Below the pieces are notes generated by a model that saw nothing but the letters and a program-made list of their open reading frames with translations, had not been told where the DNA came from and did not search any database. 64,000 bases of DNA from positions 1,600,001 to 1,664,000 of the forward strand of contig OZ220696.1 of assembly GCA_965116495.1 (NCBI GenBank), in the 5' to 3' direction. Source of the DNA: Gammaproteobacteria bacterium. Lineage in GTDB: Bacteria > Pseudomonadota > Gammaproteobacteria > Eutrophobiales > Eutrophobiaceae. Within the stretch, counting starts at the first letter, position 1, and each line of letters opens with the position of its first letter. Made by a program: the position numbers and the translations under genes. Shown piece by piece: positions 40,413-51,595 of this stretch.

Positions 40413-42329
40413 TTATTTTTCGTGTTGCCGAAAAAAGGCTTCTACGTCGTTTAAGTCCTCCGTATGGGTCATATCCGGCAGGCTATTCAGGAAAACCCTG
40501 CCGTAGGGCCGGGTCCTTAACCTGGGATCGCCGATCATCAGCACGCCGTAATCGGCCTTGTCCCTGAGCAAACGGCCTATGCCCTGCTTCAGCACCAGCA
40601 CGGCTTCGGGTACCTGGTACTCCATAAACGGATTTCTGCCCTGTTCCTCCATCCGGGTCAACCTGGCGTTCAATACCGGGTCACCCGGCGCGGCAAATGG
40701 CAGTTTGTCGATGATGACGCAGGACAGGGCCTGGCCGCGCACGTCCACGCCTTCCCAGAAGCTGCTGGTGCCCAGCAATACCGCGTGGGGAGTGGTCCTG
40801 AACGTTTCCAGCAGTTCGGTGCGCGGCGCATCCCCCTGCACCAGTATGGGATAATCCAGCGCCGCGCCGATTAATTCGGCTGCCTGGCGCAACGCGCGAT
40901 GGCTGGTAAACAGGAAAAAGGCGCGTCCCCTGGTCAGCCGCAGCAGCGGGAGCGATTTTTCGACCAGGTTTGCGGTAAAGTCGGCCGTTCTCGGATCAGG
41001 CAGACCCCGGGGGAAATACAGCAACGACTGGGTATTGAAATCAAACGGGCTGTCCCAGCTCCTGGCCTTGACCTGTTCCAGGCCCAGTTGTGACGAGAAA
41101 TACTCAAACTCGCGGTTCACGCTCAGGGTTGCGGACGTGAATATACTCAGGCATTCGTACTCGCTGATGCGCGTGCGGAAGACATCGGCAATGTCCAGGG
41201 GCGTGCGGTGCAGGAAAAACCCGTTGCCGCGCAATTCCAGCCAGCGGATATACTCATCCTCTTCCCGGTCATTGAACTGGTCGAGATACGCCAGCGCCGC
41301 CTGTGTCCGCTTATGGCAGTTATCCAGAGACTTGCCCCTGCCGGCGAAGTCCTCCAGCACCTGGTGGACGGCATCCAACTTATCCAGCAGCGTTGACAAC
41401 GTAGTGGAGACGTCCGCCGTTTCCTTCAGTCCGGCCCAGGCAACCCGCTTGTCCTCGCCGGAAAAGCTCAGGCGCAGGTCGCGTATTGCTTTCTCGCACA
41501 GGTCCAGCATCCCGGGGAAATCAGGCAAATCGGCCGCTTCCTCAAAATAAGCCGTCCTGGAGTCGGATACCAGTTCCAGCAGTTGCCGGCCGCTCAGGGT
41601 CTCGCTGAAAAATTGTGAAGCCAGCTCCGGCAACTGGTGTGCCTCATCAAGAATAACCATCTCCGCACTGGGCAACAACTCGCCGTAACCGGCCTCCTTC
41701 AACACCATATCCGCCAGGAACAGGTGGTGGTTGACCACGGCCAGGTCCGCCTCAACAGCGCGGCGGCGGGCGCGGAACACGAAACAGTCGTCGTAAAAAT
41801 CACATTCCTGTCCGAGGCAGTTATCGACGCTGGAAACACAGGCCGGCCTGACGGAGGCGTCTTCCGGGATATGGGATAGCTCGGCCAGGTCGCCGCTGCC
41901 GGTCTGTTGCGACCAGGCGCGGATATCGGCCAGGTAATGCTTCGCCTGACTGCCCAGGCGGCGTGAGTCGAATTCCGCCTGTCCCAGGCGATGCAGGCAC
42001 AGGTAGTTGGCCCGTCCCTTCAGCAACGCCACGTTGAGTGGCCGCCCGACGGCTTTTCGCACCAGGGGCAGGTCGCGGGTAAAGAGCTGGTCCTGCAGGT
42101 GTTTGGTGCCGGTGGAGATGACCACCTTATGGCCGGACTGGAGCGCCGGCACGAGGTAGGCAAAGGTCTTGCCGGTGCCGGTGCCGGCCTCGCAGATCAG
42201 CGATTCGCCGTTGTCTATCGCCTCCCGAATGGCCTCGGCCATCTCGACCTGCTGGGGCCGCACCGTGAAATCCGGCACCAGGCCCGCGAGGGCACCATAT
42301 TCACCGAGGATGTCAGCGGGGGTCTGCAT
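40413..42329 (-). CDS. yoaA: ATP-dependent DNA helicase, DinG family (YoaA)
   Basis: EAGTGTGKT, KGRANYLC, Fe-S cysteines, DEAH, FWEGVDVRG, KQGIGRLLR. Confidence 0.9.
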   Translation of the reverse strand: MQTPADILGEYGALAGLVPDFTVRPQQVEMAEAIREAIDNGESLICEAGTGTGKTFAYLVPALQSGHKVVISTGTKHLQDQLFTRDLPLVRKAVGRPLNVALLKGRANYLCLHRLGQAEFDSRRLGSQAKHYLADIRAWSQQTGSGDLAELSHIPEDASVRPACVSSVDNCLGQECDFYDDCFVFRARRRAVEADLAVVNHHLFLADMVLKEAGYGELLPSAEMVILDEAHQLPELASQFFSETLSGRQLLELVSDSRTAYFEEAADLPDFPGMLDLCEKAIRDLRLSFSGEDKRVAWAGLKETADVSTTLSTLLDKLDAVHQVLEDFAGRGKSLDNCHKRTQAALAYLDQFNDREEDEYIRWLELRGNGFFLHRTPLDIADVFRTRISEYECLSIFTSATLSVNREFEYFSSQLGLEQVKARSWDSPFDFNTQSLLYFPRGLPDPRTADFTANLVEKSLPLLRLTRGRAFFLFTSHRALRQAAELIGAALDYPILVQGDAPRTELLETFRTTPHAVLLGTSSFWEGVDVRGQALSCVIIDKLPFAAPGDPVLNARLTRMEEQGRNPFMEYQVPEAVLVLKQGIGRLLRDKADYGVLMIGDPRLRTRPYGRVFLNSLPDMTHTEDLNDVEAFFRQHEK

Positions 42330-42375
42330 TTGATAACTATAAAATCCTTTTAAGGAGTCAGAGTGATAACCAATG

Positions 42376-42533
42376 GCTTATTTTCACATCATTGAGTAAT
42401 TTTACTCAATGATGTGAAAATAAGCGAAGGGGACGGACTTAAGCCCGTCTCCGACCAAGCTCGATACGACGGTTGTCAATTTGGGACACCCATAAATTAA
42501 CTAAGCGTTTTAAATTTATGGGTGTCCCAAATT
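42376..42533. repeat. Three consecutive palindromes in the efp-yoaA spacer
   Basis: 24-bp perfect arms at 42376-42399/42402-42425; GGGGAC-type REP at 42429-42452; 21-bp perfect arms at 42478-42498/42513-42533. Confidence 0.85.
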
Positions 42534-42539
42534 AAGTTT

Positions 42540-43109
42540 TCAGTTCTTTACCCGACTCACGTATGCGCCCGTGCGGGTATCCACCTTGATTTTCTCATTC
42601 TGCTCGACGAACAGGGGCACCTTGACCGTGGCGCCGGTTTCCAGGGTGGCGGGTTTCGTGCCGCCGGCGGCGGTGTCGCCGCGTACCCCCGGGTCGGTTT
42701 CGGTGATCCTGAGTTCGACGAAGTTAGGCGGCTGGACAGTCAGCGGCGCGCCGTTCCATAAGGTCACCCCGCATAGCTCTTCACCGGTCAGCCACTGACC
42801 GGCATCACCCAGCGCCGACCTGCCGGCTTCGATCTGCTCATAACTGCTCGTATCCATGAAATACCACAGTTCACCGTCGTTGTAGAGGTATTGCAACTCC
42901 AGGTCGACCACGTCCGCGGCGGGAACGCTCTCCCCCGACTTGTAGGTTTTCTCCAGCACCCTGCCCGTTTTCAGGTTGCGTATCTTGATGCGGGTAAACG
43001 CCTGGCCCTTGCCCGGTTTGACAAACTCGCTATCGAGAATGGAACAGGGGTCGCCGTCGATGGTCAGTTTCAAGCCCGGCTTGAATTCATTGGTGCCGTA
43101 GTTCGCCAT
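42540..43109 (-). CDS. efp: Elongation factor P (Lys-type loop)
   Basis: [37 protein letters not shown]. Confidence 0.97.
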   Translation of the reverse strand: MANYGTNEFKPGLKLTIDGDPCSILDSEFVKPGKGQAFTRIKIRNLKTGRVLEKTYKSGESVPAADVVDLELQYLYNDGELWYFMDTSSYEQIEAGRSALGDAGQWLTGEELCGVTLWNGAPLTVQPPNFVELRITETDPGVRGDTAAGGTKPATLETGATVKVPLFVEQNEKIKVDTRTGAYVSRVKN

Positions 43110-43178
43110 GTGCAAGTCCTGCCGTCATTCTGGCGGATGCCAGAATCCAACGAAGCATTTTCCTGATCGCATATGTCT

Positions 43179-45431
43179 TTACCTTTTCGGTTTAATCGTT
43201 GATACCTGCCGATAGCCCCGCGGCAGGACATTGCCGCGGCGCCCGCGTTCGCTATGATAATGCGCCCAGCCCTTCGGTTTCAAGGTCAGGTGGCGTTTAC
43301 CGGATTCGAGGTGCAGCTTGTCTTTTATCCCGAATACGGTAAGCGCAACCAGGTATTCTTCCCGGTCCTTAAGCCTGGCCGGTGGGATTTGCATGATCTT
43401 GACCCCCTTGCCCCTGGCAAGTTGCGGGAATTCGGACAACCCCGTCACCAGCAGGCGGCCCTCGGAACTGACGGCCGCGACCAGGTCCTGCTTGTGGTCG
43501 GAGACCGGCACAGGCGGTAATATCAGCGCAGACGGCGGAACGTTCAACACAGCCTTGCCGGCCTTCGCCTTGACGTACAGGTCTCCCAGTCTTGCAATGA
43601 ACCCGTAACCGGCATCAGTGGCAAGGAACCAGAAACTGTCGCTCTCTCCCAGCATGGTGCCGATGAAGACTGCGCCGTCCGGCGGCGTCACCCAACTGGA
43701 TACCGGCTCGCCGTGGCTGCGCGCCGACGGCAGGATATGTGTAGGGATGGAGTAACAGCGGCCGGTCGAGTCAAGAAATATGGCCGACTGGTTACTGCGC
43801 CCCATGACAGCCTGCCTGAATCCGTCGCCGGCCCGGTAATTCAGGGTCCCCGGGTCGATATCATGGCCTTTCGCGGCCCGGACCCAGCCCTTCTCCGACA
43901 AGATGACTGTCACCGGTTCCGTAGGCATCAACTGGGTCTCGTCCATCGCCCTGGCTTCTTCGCGCTGTTCCAGGGGGGAGCGGCGGGCATCGCCAAACTT
44001 TTCCATGTCGGCCCGGATTTCCTCTTTCACCAGTGTTTTAAGGCGTGCGGCCGAACCCAGTATCTGCTGCAAGGACTCCCTTTCTGCCTGCAACTCGTCC
44101 AGTTCGCCCTGGATTTTGATCTCTTCCAGCTTGGCCAGGCGCCGCAACCGGAGATCCAGAATAGCCTCCGCCTGGGTGTCGGACAAGCGGAAACGCTGCA
44201 TTAGCTCCTGTTTGGGTTCGTCTTCCTCCCGTATGATCCGGATCACCTCGTCAATGTTCAGGTAGGCTACCATCAGACCTTCCAAAATATGGACTCGCTG
44301 TTCAACCTGTTCCAGGCGGTGCTGCAGGCGCCGGCGCACCGTCTCGGTACGGTACCGCAACCACTCCTTCAGAACGGTCTTGAGATCCTTGACCCGGGGG
44401 CGGCCGTCGGTGCCGATCATGTTCAGGTTGACCCGGTAACTGCGCTCCAGGTCCGTGGTGGCGAACAGGTGTGACATCAGTTCTGTCAGGTTGACCCGGT
44501 TTGAACGCGGGATGAATATGAGCCGAGTCGGGTTTTCGTGGTCGGATTCATCGCGCAGGTCTTCCAGCATGGGTAACTTCTTCGCCTGCATCTGCGCGGC
44601 CACCTGCTCCAGGATCTTGTTGCCGGAGGTCTGGTAAGGCAACGCGGTAACGATGATATTGCCGCCCTCCTTCTCCCACCGGGCGCGCAGTTTCACGGAA
44701 CCGTTGCCGGTGCGATACATCTCCAGGAGTTCCTCAGCCGGCGTGATGATCTCCGCTTCGGTGGGAAAATCCGGACCCTTGACGTAGTCGAACAAGTCCT
44801 CGACCGTACTTTTGGGCCGCTCCAGCAGGCGGATACAGGCACCGGCCACCTCCTGCAGGTTATGGGGCGGAATATCCGTGGCCATACCGACGGCAATCCC
44901 GGTAGCGCCGTTCAACAGGATATTGGGGAGCCGCGCCGGCAGTAAGTTGGGTTCCTTCAGGGTACCGTCAAAATTGGGCGTCCAGTCAACGGTCCCCTGT
45001 CCCAGTTCCGCCAGCAACACCTGGCTATAGGGCTTCAGTTTGGATTCCGTGTAGCGCATGGCCGCGAACGACTTGGGATCATCCATGGAACCCCAGTTAC
45101 CCTGGCCGTCGATAATGGGATAGCGGTAGCTGAACTCCTGCGCCATCAGCACCATGGCCTCGTAGCAGGCGCTGTCCCCGTGGGGATGGAACTTGCCGAT
45201 GACATCCCCCACCGTACGCGCCGACTTCTTGAACTTGGCGGTCGCGCTCAGGCCCAGTTCTGACATGGCATAGATGATGCGTCTCTGTACCGGCTTCAGG
45301 CCATCGCCGATATGCGGCAGGGCCCGGTCCAGGATGACATACATGGAATAGTCCAGGTATGCTTTTTCGGTAAATTCGTATATAGGTTGGGTTTCGCTGG
45401 GTTCGAAATCCAGGGTAAGATTTTCCTGCAT
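43179..45431 (-). CDS. parC: DNA topoisomerase IV subunit A
   Basis: [38 protein letters not shown], catalytic AAMRYTE. Confidence 0.97.
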   Translation of the reverse strand: MQENLTLDFEPSETQPIYEFTEKAYLDYSMYVILDRALPHIGDGLKPVQRRIIYAMSELGLSATAKFKKSARTVGDVIGKFHPHGDSACYEAMVLMAQEFSYRYPIIDGQGNWGSMDDPKSFAAMRYTESKLKPYSQVLLAELGQGTVDWTPNFDGTLKEPNLLPARLPNILLNGATGIAVGMATDIPPHNLQEVAGACIRLLERPKSTVEDLFDYVKGPDFPTEAEIITPAEELLEMYRTGNGSVKLRARWEKEGGNIIVTALPYQTSGNKILEQVAAQMQAKKLPMLEDLRDESDHENPTRLIFIPRSNRVNLTELMSHLFATTDLERSYRVNLNMIGTDGRPRVKDLKTVLKEWLRYRTETVRRRLQHRLEQVEQRVHILEGLMVAYLNIDEVIRIIREEDEPKQELMQRFRLSDTQAEAILDLRLRRLAKLEEIKIQGELDELQAERESLQQILGSAARLKTLVKEEIRADMEKFGDARRSPLEQREEARAMDETQLMPTEPVTVILSEKGWVRAAKGHDIDPGTLNYRAGDGFRQAVMGRSNQSAIFLDSTGRCYSIPTHILPSARSHGEPVSSWVTPPDGAVFIGTMLGESDSFWFLATDAGYGFIARLGDLYVKAKAGKAVLNVPPSALILPPVPVSDHKQDLVAAVSSEGRLLVTGLSEFPQLARGKGVKIMQIPPARLKDREEYLVALTVFGIKDKLHLESGKRHLTLKPKGWAHYHSERGRRGNVLPRGYRQVSTIKPKR

Positions 45432-45510
45432 TAGACGGTCCCTCTGGAGGAGAAAATCAGTACGGAGGGTACCCATAATACCAATAAAAAACCAAACAAC
45501 TCCAACACTT

Positions 45511-47397
45511 TTATACCGTAGCCCGGTCGCCCTTGCGCTCCAGCCAGTCCTTGCGGTCCGGCGCGCGTTTCTTTGCCAGCAGCATGTCCATCATCTGGTC
45601 CGACTTGTTGTCTTCCGGCAGGGTCAGTTTCACCAGGCGGCGCGTCTCCGGCGCCATGGTGGATTCACGCAACTGCAAGGGGTTCATCTCGCCCAGGCCC
45701 TTGAAGCGTTGCACGTTCACCGTGCCCTTGATCTTTTCCGCGCTAATGCGGTCGAGCAGGCCGGACTTTTCCGAATCATCCAGGGCATAGAACACTTCCT
45801 TGCCGACGTCTATGCGGTACAGGGGCGGCATGGCCACGTACACGTGACCTGCATCGACGAGCTTGCGGAAGTGCTTCAGGAACAGGGCGCAGAGCAAGGT
45901 GGCGATATGCAGGCCGTCGGAATCCGCATCGGCCAGGATGCAGATGCGGCCATAGCGTAGCTTGGATAGGTCATCGGATCCGGGGTCTACGCCGATGGCT
46001 ACCGAGATGTCGTGGACTTCTTTTGAGGACAACACCTCGCCGGAAGCCACCTCCCAGGTATTGAGGATTTTGCCCCGTAACGGCATGACTGCCTGGAATT
46101 CCCTGTCCCGGGCCTGCTTGGCGGAGCCGCCGGCGGAATCCCCTTCCACCAGGAACAACTCGCTGTCGTCGGGTGATACGCTGGCGCAGTCTGCCAGTTT
46201 GCCGGGCAGCGCCGGGCCGCTGGTGACTTTCTTGCGGATAATACTCTTACTTGCCTTGAGGCGGCTCTGGGCATGGCTGATCGCCAGTTCCGCAATCTTT
46301 TCACCAGTCTCCACGTGCTGGTGCAGCCACTGGCTCAGGGCGTCGCGCACCACGCCGGAGACGAATGTCGAGCACTCCCTTGAGGCCAGTCGTTCCTTGG
46401 CCTGACCGACGAACTGGGGTTCATCCATTTTTACCGAGAGCAGGTAGGTGCAGCGGTCCCAGACGTCTTCCGCAGTCAGCTTGACGCCGCGGGGCAGCAG
46501 GTTGCGTGAATCGCAGAACTCCCTGAGTGCTTCCAGCAGGCCCTGGCGCAGGCCGTTCACGTGGGTGCCGCCCTGGGTGGTCGGCACCAGGTTGACGTAA
46601 CTCTCCGTGATCAGTTCACCCGGTTCGGGCAGCCAGTGTACGGCCCAGTCCACCTGCTCGTTGTTACCCTGCATGGAACCGGTAAACGGTTCTACCGGCA
46701 GCAGTTCGACACCGGCCAGCATGCTCGAGAGGTACGTGCCGATCCCATCCTCGTAGTACCACTCTGTTTTTTCATCGTTCGCCTCATCGTTGAGCCTGAC
46801 CGTCAGTTTGGGGCACAGCACCGCTTTGGCGCGCAGCAGGTGTTTGAGTTTCGCCCTTGCAATCGAGACGGAATCGAAGTAAACCGGGTCGGGCCAGAAG
46901 CGCAGGGTCGTTCCCGTGTTGCGTTTGCCCACCTCCCCGACCACTTCCAGCAGGCTAATCCTGTCGCCGTTGGCAAAGGCCATGTTGTATTCATTGCCGT
47001 CGCGCTTGACCCAGACCTCCAGGTGTTTGGACAGGGCGTTGACGACGGACACGCCCACACCGTGCAGGCCGCCGGAGAACTTGTAATTCTTGTCGGAGAA
47101 CTTGCCCCCGGCGTGCAGCCGGGTCAGGATCACCTCTACGCCCGGGATATTTTCTCCCGGGTGATTATCTACGGGCATACCCCTGCCGTCATCGGCGACT
47201 GTGATGGAATTGTCTTTGTGCAGGGTGATCTCAACCTTGTGCGCGTGACCGATGATGGCTTCATCGACACTGTTATCGACGACTTCCTGCACAAGGTGAT
47301 TGGGACGAGAGGTATCGGTGTACATCCCGGGGCGCTTACGCACCGGTTCAAGGCCTGTTAATACCTCGATATCTGCGGCAGCGTAAGTGGTGTTCAT
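45511..47397 (-). CDS. parE: DNA topoisomerase IV subunit B
   Basis: [55 protein letters not shown]. Confidence 0.97.
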   Translation of the reverse strand: MNTTYAAADIEVLTGLEPVRKRPGMYTDTSRPNHLVQEVVDNSVDEAIIGHAHKVEITLHKDNSITVADDGRGMPVDNHPGENIPGVEVILTRLHAGGKFSDKNYKFSGGLHGVGVSVVNALSKHLEVWVKRDGNEYNMAFANGDRISLLEVVGEVGKRNTGTTLRFWPDPVYFDSVSIARAKLKHLLRAKAVLCPKLTVRLNDEANDEKTEWYYEDGIGTYLSSMLAGVELLPVEPFTGSMQGNNEQVDWAVHWLPEPGELITESYVNLVPTTQGGTHVNGLRQGLLEALREFCDSRNLLPRGVKLTAEDVWDRCTYLLSVKMDEPQFVGQAKERLASRECSTFVSGVVRDALSQWLHQHVETGEKIAELAISHAQSRLKASKSIIRKKVTSGPALPGKLADCASVSPDDSELFLVEGDSAGGSAKQARDREFQAVMPLRGKILNTWEVASGEVLSSKEVHDISVAIGVDPGSDDLSKLRYGRICILADADSDGLHIATLLCALFLKHFRKLVDAGHVYVAMPPLYRIDVGKEVFYALDDSEKSGLLDRISAEKIKGTVNVQRFKGLGEMNPLQLRESTMAPETRRLVKLTLPEDNKSDQMMDMLLAKKRAPDRKDWLERKGDRATV

Positions 47398-47461
47398 CCG
47401 GTTATTTTGCCACAGAGGGCGCGGATATTACAGGGGAAAGCCGGGTTTCCAGCAGTTCCTG

Positions 47462-47598
47462 CTAACTATGCCTGATAAGGGCTTTAGTGGCTGTTTTTAT
47501 GCGACTAGCGCCAGGGATAGGCGCGGGACCGGGCCAGGGAAGGCCCATTGGAGCAGAAAAACAGCCACTAAAGCCCGGTTGCCGAGTTTCCTAACTAT
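47462..47598. repeat. Structured inverted-repeat element (possible MITE remnant)
   Basis: 20-bp perfect IR at 47479-47498/47557-47576; 8-bp direct repeat CTAACTAT at 47462 and 47591. Confidence 0.6.
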
Positions 47599-48184
47599 CA
47601 ATATCCCCGCTAAGCGATTGGCGGATTTCTGCCGGTATGGGCACAAGCTGGTATGCGTACTGCGCGTGGCTGATACCGGCGGAAATTTCTGCGCCCTGCC
47701 CTATAGCGGCTATATCCTCCGTTGACAACTCAAAGCGCATGAAGTGGATTGATGAGGTCTTTGTTTCGGTAGCGCGTTCCAGATCCTCGTCACAGAACGG
47801 AGCGATTACGGGGCCGACGCCGACGCGCATCCAGACGCAGTCCTCTATGCCGACCAGCTTCGCCAGCATTTCCCTGCGCTCGGCGGGGTCGTCGTATTCC
47901 AGCATGAACGTGGCCTTCCAGTTGTGCCCGTCCGGGATCAGCGGGTTATAGGCGGCCAGTTCCTCTTCGATACCGGCGCGCTCGAATATCTTCTCTATGC
48001 GCAGCATTTCCTGCACCTGGTACTGGATGGTGAGGCGGTCCTCAAAATACAGGTTGGCGTTGGGGCCCAGCGGCAAGCGCCGGGATTTCTTGTGGGCTAT
48101 GACCGTTGCGCGGAACTCGCTGCGGATCTCGGTGTACTTTTCCAGCGAGTACAAGTCTTCTCTACGTAACCTGGCCGGCATCAA
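47591..48184 (-). CDS. DUF3501 family protein
   Basis: FED..TIQYQVQEMLRIE, YNPLIPDG.NWKAT; position in the rubrerythrin cluster. Confidence 0.85.
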   Translation of the reverse strand: MMPARLRREDLYSLEKYTEIRSEFRATVIAHKKSRRLPLGPNANLYFEDRLTIQYQVQEMLRIEKIFERAGIEEELAAYNPLIPDGHNWKATFMLEYDDPAERREMLAKLVGIEDCVWMRVGVGPVIAPFCDEDLERATETKTSSIHFMRFELSTEDIAAIGQGAEISAGISHAQYAYQLVPIPAEIRQSLSGDIDS

Positions 48185-49528
48185 TCACAAACCGTAGGCA
48201 TATTTCAGCAGGGAAAACGCCGATTCAGCCGCGCCGGCATTACTCTCACCCAGGCCGTTCCGGATTTGCGCGCCGGCCATCGGGCAATCGCTGACGTAAT
48301 GTTCGGCCTGTGCCTGTTTGACCTTGTTCACCACTGGGCGGCAGATTTTTGTCGATATCTCGTGGCTCTCTGCCTTGACCGCGTAGGTGCCGTCGTGTCC
48401 CGAGCAGCGCTCGATCACGTCAATCGTCGTGTCCGGGACCAATGCAAGCATGTCGCGGGTTTTCAGGCCGATATTCTGGACGCGCTGGTGACAGGGAGCA
48501 TGATACGCAATCTTTCCGAGGGAATGTTTGAACTCCGTACTCAATTTCCCTTCCTTGTGCCGGATCATCAGGTACTCGAACGGGTCGTAAAATGCCTGCC
48601 GGACACGTTCCACTGTTTCATCACCGGGAAACATCAGGGGGAGTTCTTGCTTGAACATCAATACACAGGAAGGAATGGGTGCGACGATGTCCCAACCTTG
48701 TTCGACAAGCTCAACCAGCCGGGGAATATTGACGTCCTTTGCCCGCTCGACCGCACCAAGATCGCCCAGTTCCAGCTTGGGCATGCCGCAACAGGCCTCC
48801 TTGTCGGCCAAGGTGACGGAGACCCCGTTATGCTCGAACACCGCGATCAGGTCTTCGGCCACCCGGGGCGTATTCCGGTTACAATAACAGGTTACGAACA
48901 GGGCTACCTTTCCGGTCGTCCCGCCGGCCGCTCCTGCCGTGGACGGCGCCGGTTGCCTGCCTTTCACCCGCTCGCGCAAGGGCCTGGAATGGAACTCGGG
49001 CAAAGGCGCGTCCGCATGGATACCCACGGTCTTTTCCAGCACTTTACGCATCGGTCGCGATTTATTGGCTGCATTGACAACCTGTGCAACAACGGGGATA
49101 CCGGCGAGATTGCCCACTGCCTCGGTGGAGGTGAGCAACTTATCCCGTAATTTTGTCCTGCCCTGCTTGAAGTTTACCGCCTTGGCGCGCAGCATGAGGT
49201 GGGGAAAGTCGACGTTCCATTCGTGGGGGGGCACGTAGGGACACTTCGTCATGTAGCACAGGTCGCACAGGTAGCAGTGTTCCACCACTTTGCCGTAATC
49301 GGCCTTTTCCACCCCGTCCACTTCCATGGTGTCGGACTCATCGATCAGGTCGAACAGGGTGGGGAACGCATGGCACAGGTTGACACAGCGGCGGCAACCG
49401 TGGCAGATATCAAAGACGCGCTCAAGCTCTGCGTTTAAACCCTCCTGGTCGTAGTAGTCTGCCTGTTTCCATTCAATGGCATGCCTGACGGGCGCCTCCA
49501 GGCTGCCCTCTCGAATATCAACGCCCAC
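48185..49528 (-). CDS. Rubrerythrin-associated Fe-S oxidoreductase (GlpC/HdrD-like)
   Basis: CHGCRRCVNLC, CYLCDLC...CP, CCG domains (CCGMP, CSGHDG). Confidence 0.88.
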   Translation of the reverse strand: MGVDIREGSLEAPVRHAIEWKQADYYDQEGLNAELERVFDICHGCRRCVNLCHAFPTLFDLIDESDTMEVDGVEKADYGKVVEHCYLCDLCYMTKCPYVPPHEWNVDFPHLMLRAKAVNFKQGRTKLRDKLLTSTEAVGNLAGIPVVAQVVNAANKSRPMRKVLEKTVGIHADAPLPEFHSRPLRERVKGRQPAPSTAGAAGGTTGKVALFVTCYCNRNTPRVAEDLIAVFEHNGVSVTLADKEACCGMPKLELGDLGAVERAKDVNIPRLVELVEQGWDIVAPIPSCVLMFKQELPLMFPGDETVERVRQAFYDPFEYLMIRHKEGKLSTEFKHSLGKIAYHAPCHQRVQNIGLKTRDMLALVPDTTIDVIERCSGHDGTYAVKAESHEISTKICRPVVNKVKQAQAEHYVSDCPMAGAQIRNGLGESNAGAAESAFSLLKYAYGL

Positions 49529-49557
49529 AACCGCTTGCCAATGTTTCCGGTTGGCCT

Positions 49558-49585
49558 AAAAAAGAGCCGGGCAACGGCCCGGCTC
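49558..49585 (-). terminator. Intrinsic terminator-like hairpin between rubrerythrin and the Fe-S oxidoreductase
   Basis: GAGCCGGGC-CGTT-GCCCGGCTC followed by T6 on the minus strand. Confidence 0.65.
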
Positions 49586-49608
49586 CGGTTTGCTCAGGCC
49601 TGCCCAAA

Positions 49609-50028
49609 TCAGGCGTCAAGGTTGTCCAGCGCCTTCTGGAAGCGGTTGGCGTGAGAACGCTCCGCCTTGGCGAGGGTTTCGAACCAGTCGGCAATCTCGT
49701 CCAGGCCCTCATCCCGCGCGGTCTTCGCCATACCCGGATACATGTCCGTGTATTCATAGGTTTCACCGGCGATGGCCGCTTTCAGGTTGTTTTCGGTTGA
49801 GCCGATGGGCTCACCGGTTGCAGGATCGCCCACCTCTTCGAGATACTCCAGGTGGCCGTGGGCATGGCCGGTCTCACCTTCGGCAGTTGAACGAAACACT
49901 GCGGAGACATCGTTAAAACCTTCCACGTCAGCTTTCTGGGCAAAATACAAATAGCGGCGGTTAGCCTGTGATTCCCCGGCAAACGCTGCTTTAAGGTTAT
50001 CTTCTGTTCTGGTACCTTTCAAACTCAT
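49609..50028 (-). CDS. Rubrerythrin (short, no rubredoxin domain)
   Basis: [41 protein letters not shown]. Confidence 0.92.
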   Translation of the reverse strand: MSLKGTRTEDNLKAAFAGESQANRRYLYFAQKADVEGFNDVSAVFRSTAEGETGHAHGHLEYLEEVGDPATGEPIGSTENNLKAAIAGETYEYTDMYPGMAKTARDEGLDEIADWFETLAKAERSHANRFQKALDNLDA

Positions 50029-50145
50029 CGTACTTCCTCCTGATTGTAATCTTTTGTGGTTTTATAATTACTAAAACGGGCGTAACGTACCTCTGAATTT
50101 AGCTGACTGAGTCAATAGTGTCAACCTGATAACTCAAGCAGGGCT

Positions 50146-50182
50146 ATTGTATTTTTTAATCGTGAATATAGGTTCTATCTAT
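50146..50182. promoter_or_regulatory. Putative OxyR (LysR-type) binding site
   Basis: ATTG-N7-TAAT-N7-ATAG-N7-CTAT; the second half ATAGgTtctAtCTAT fits the OxyR consensus; upstream of rubrerythrin. Confidence 0.55.
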
Positions 50183-50238
50183 AATGTATGTAAATCCTTG
50201 AGTTATTGATACAATTCGAACCACTACTGTCAGGAGAC

Positions 50239-50493
50239 ATGTTTGTGTCTGAAAAAAAATCCGAAATAGATTTTGAGAAATCCCTGGCTGAACTGGAACA
50301 GCTTGTTGAGACCATGGAAAAAGGCGATCTCACCCTGGAAGAATCCCTGAAACATTTCGAGCGAGGGGTATCCCTGACCCGCGCCTGCCAGAAAGCCCTG
50401 GCGGAAGCCGAACAGAAAGTACGGATCCTGACCCGGAACAACGAGGCCGGGGAACTGGCAGAATTTACAGCCGATTCTGATAATGGCGCATGA
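50239..50493 (+). CDS. xseB: Exodeoxyribonuclease VII small subunit
   Basis: [34 protein letters not shown]...CQKAL..AEQKV. Confidence 0.95.
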   Translation: MFVSEKKSEIDFEKSLAELEQLVETMEKGDLTLEESLKHFERGVSLTRACQKALAEAEQKVRILTRNNEAGELAEFTADSDNGA

Positions 50494-50532
50494 GAGGGGA
50501 CAGACCCCCGCTTACAACACGCGGGGGCATGC

Positions 50533-51441
50533 TTGAAATCTGTCCCCGATAACCGCTTTGCTGAACGGCTGGAAGACTACCAGGCCCGGGTGGAAGCCGC
50601 CCTGGATTCCTGGTTGCCGCCGGTCACGGATAAGCCAGAAATGTTACACGAAGCCATCCGCTATTCAGTTTTCGGCGGTGGCAAGCGTGTCAGGCCGGTA
50701 CTGGTCTACGCCAGCGGCGAGGCATTCAACGTCGAGCCAGCGGCCTTGGACGGCTGCGCCTGTGCGGTGGAAATGATTCATACCTATTCACTCATTCACG
50801 ACGACCTGCCGGCAATGGACGACGATGACCTGCGCCGCGGCCGCCTGACTTCTCACAAAGCCTATGATGAGGCCACGGCCATCCTGGCCGGCGATTCATT
50901 ACAGGCCCTGGCTTTCCAGGTGCTGGCGCAAGACCTGGAGATCCGGGTTCCGGCTGCACAACGGTTGAGAATGATCGATATCCTGGCGCTGGCCGGCGGC
51001 CCGGCCGGCATGACCGGGGGACAGGCCATCGACCTGGAAGCGGAGGACAAGGTGCTCACCCTGGAACAACTGCAAACCATGCACTCGCGCAAGACCGGTG
51101 CTCTGATCAGGGCAAGCGTTGAACTGGGTGCTCTATGCTCCGGCCAGGTGGACGAGGAACGGTTTCACAAAATCTCCCGCTACGCGGACTGCATCGGCCT
51201 GGCTTTTCAAATTCATGACGATGTTCTGGACATAGAGGGCGATACCGAAACCCTGGGTAAACCCCAAGGATCAGACATGGAAAGGAATAAAGCCACCTAT
51301 CCGAACCTGCTGGGTCTGGAGGGTGCGAAGCTGGCGGCGCGGGAAACGCTGGACGAAGCCCTGGGTCATCTGGCAGATTTTGGGGAAGAGGCCGGGATGC
51401 TGCGGCAAATTGCGCTTTATATTGTGGAAAGGAATAAATAA
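50533..51441 (+). CDS. ispA: Farnesyl diphosphate synthase
   Basis: GGKRVRP, YSLIHDDLPAMDDDDLRRG, GGQAID, KTGALI, FQIHDDVLD. Confidence 0.93.
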   Translation: MKSVPDNRFAERLEDYQARVEAALDSWLPPVTDKPEMLHEAIRYSVFGGGKRVRPVLVYASGEAFNVEPAALDGCACAVEMIHTYSLIHDDLPAMDDDDLRRGRLTSHKAYDEATAILAGDSLQALAFQVLAQDLEIRVPAAQRLRMIDILALAGGPAGMTGGQAIDLEAEDKVLTLEQLQTMHSRKTGALIRASVELGALCSGQVDEERFHKISRYADCIGLAFQIHDDVLDIEGDTETLGKPQGSDMERNKATYPNLLGLEGAKLAARETLDEALGHLADFGEEAGMLRQIALYIVERNK

Positions 51442-51467
51442 TGTGTCGCAAGCGACAGTTTAAATAA

Positions 51468-51560
51468 CTGGATTCCCGCATGCGCGGGAGTGACAAGTCT
51501 CATTCCCCGTCATGCCGGACCCTGCCTCTAGGCCAGGGCAGGTTTATTCCGGCATCCAGT
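51468..51560. repeat. CGTC-type REP palindromes between convergent ispA and mazG
   Basis: CTGGATTCCCGCATGCGCGGGAGTGAC and CGTCATGCCGG...CCGGCATCCAG. Confidence 0.7.
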
Positions 51561-51595
51561 GAAATAACATGTCGCCTGACAGGCGACACTATTAT

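Noticed and set aside
42540-43109. efp without adjacent epmA/epmB as a novel modification system
   Set aside because: The loop is the ordinary PGKG type and the modifying genes may simply lie elsewhere
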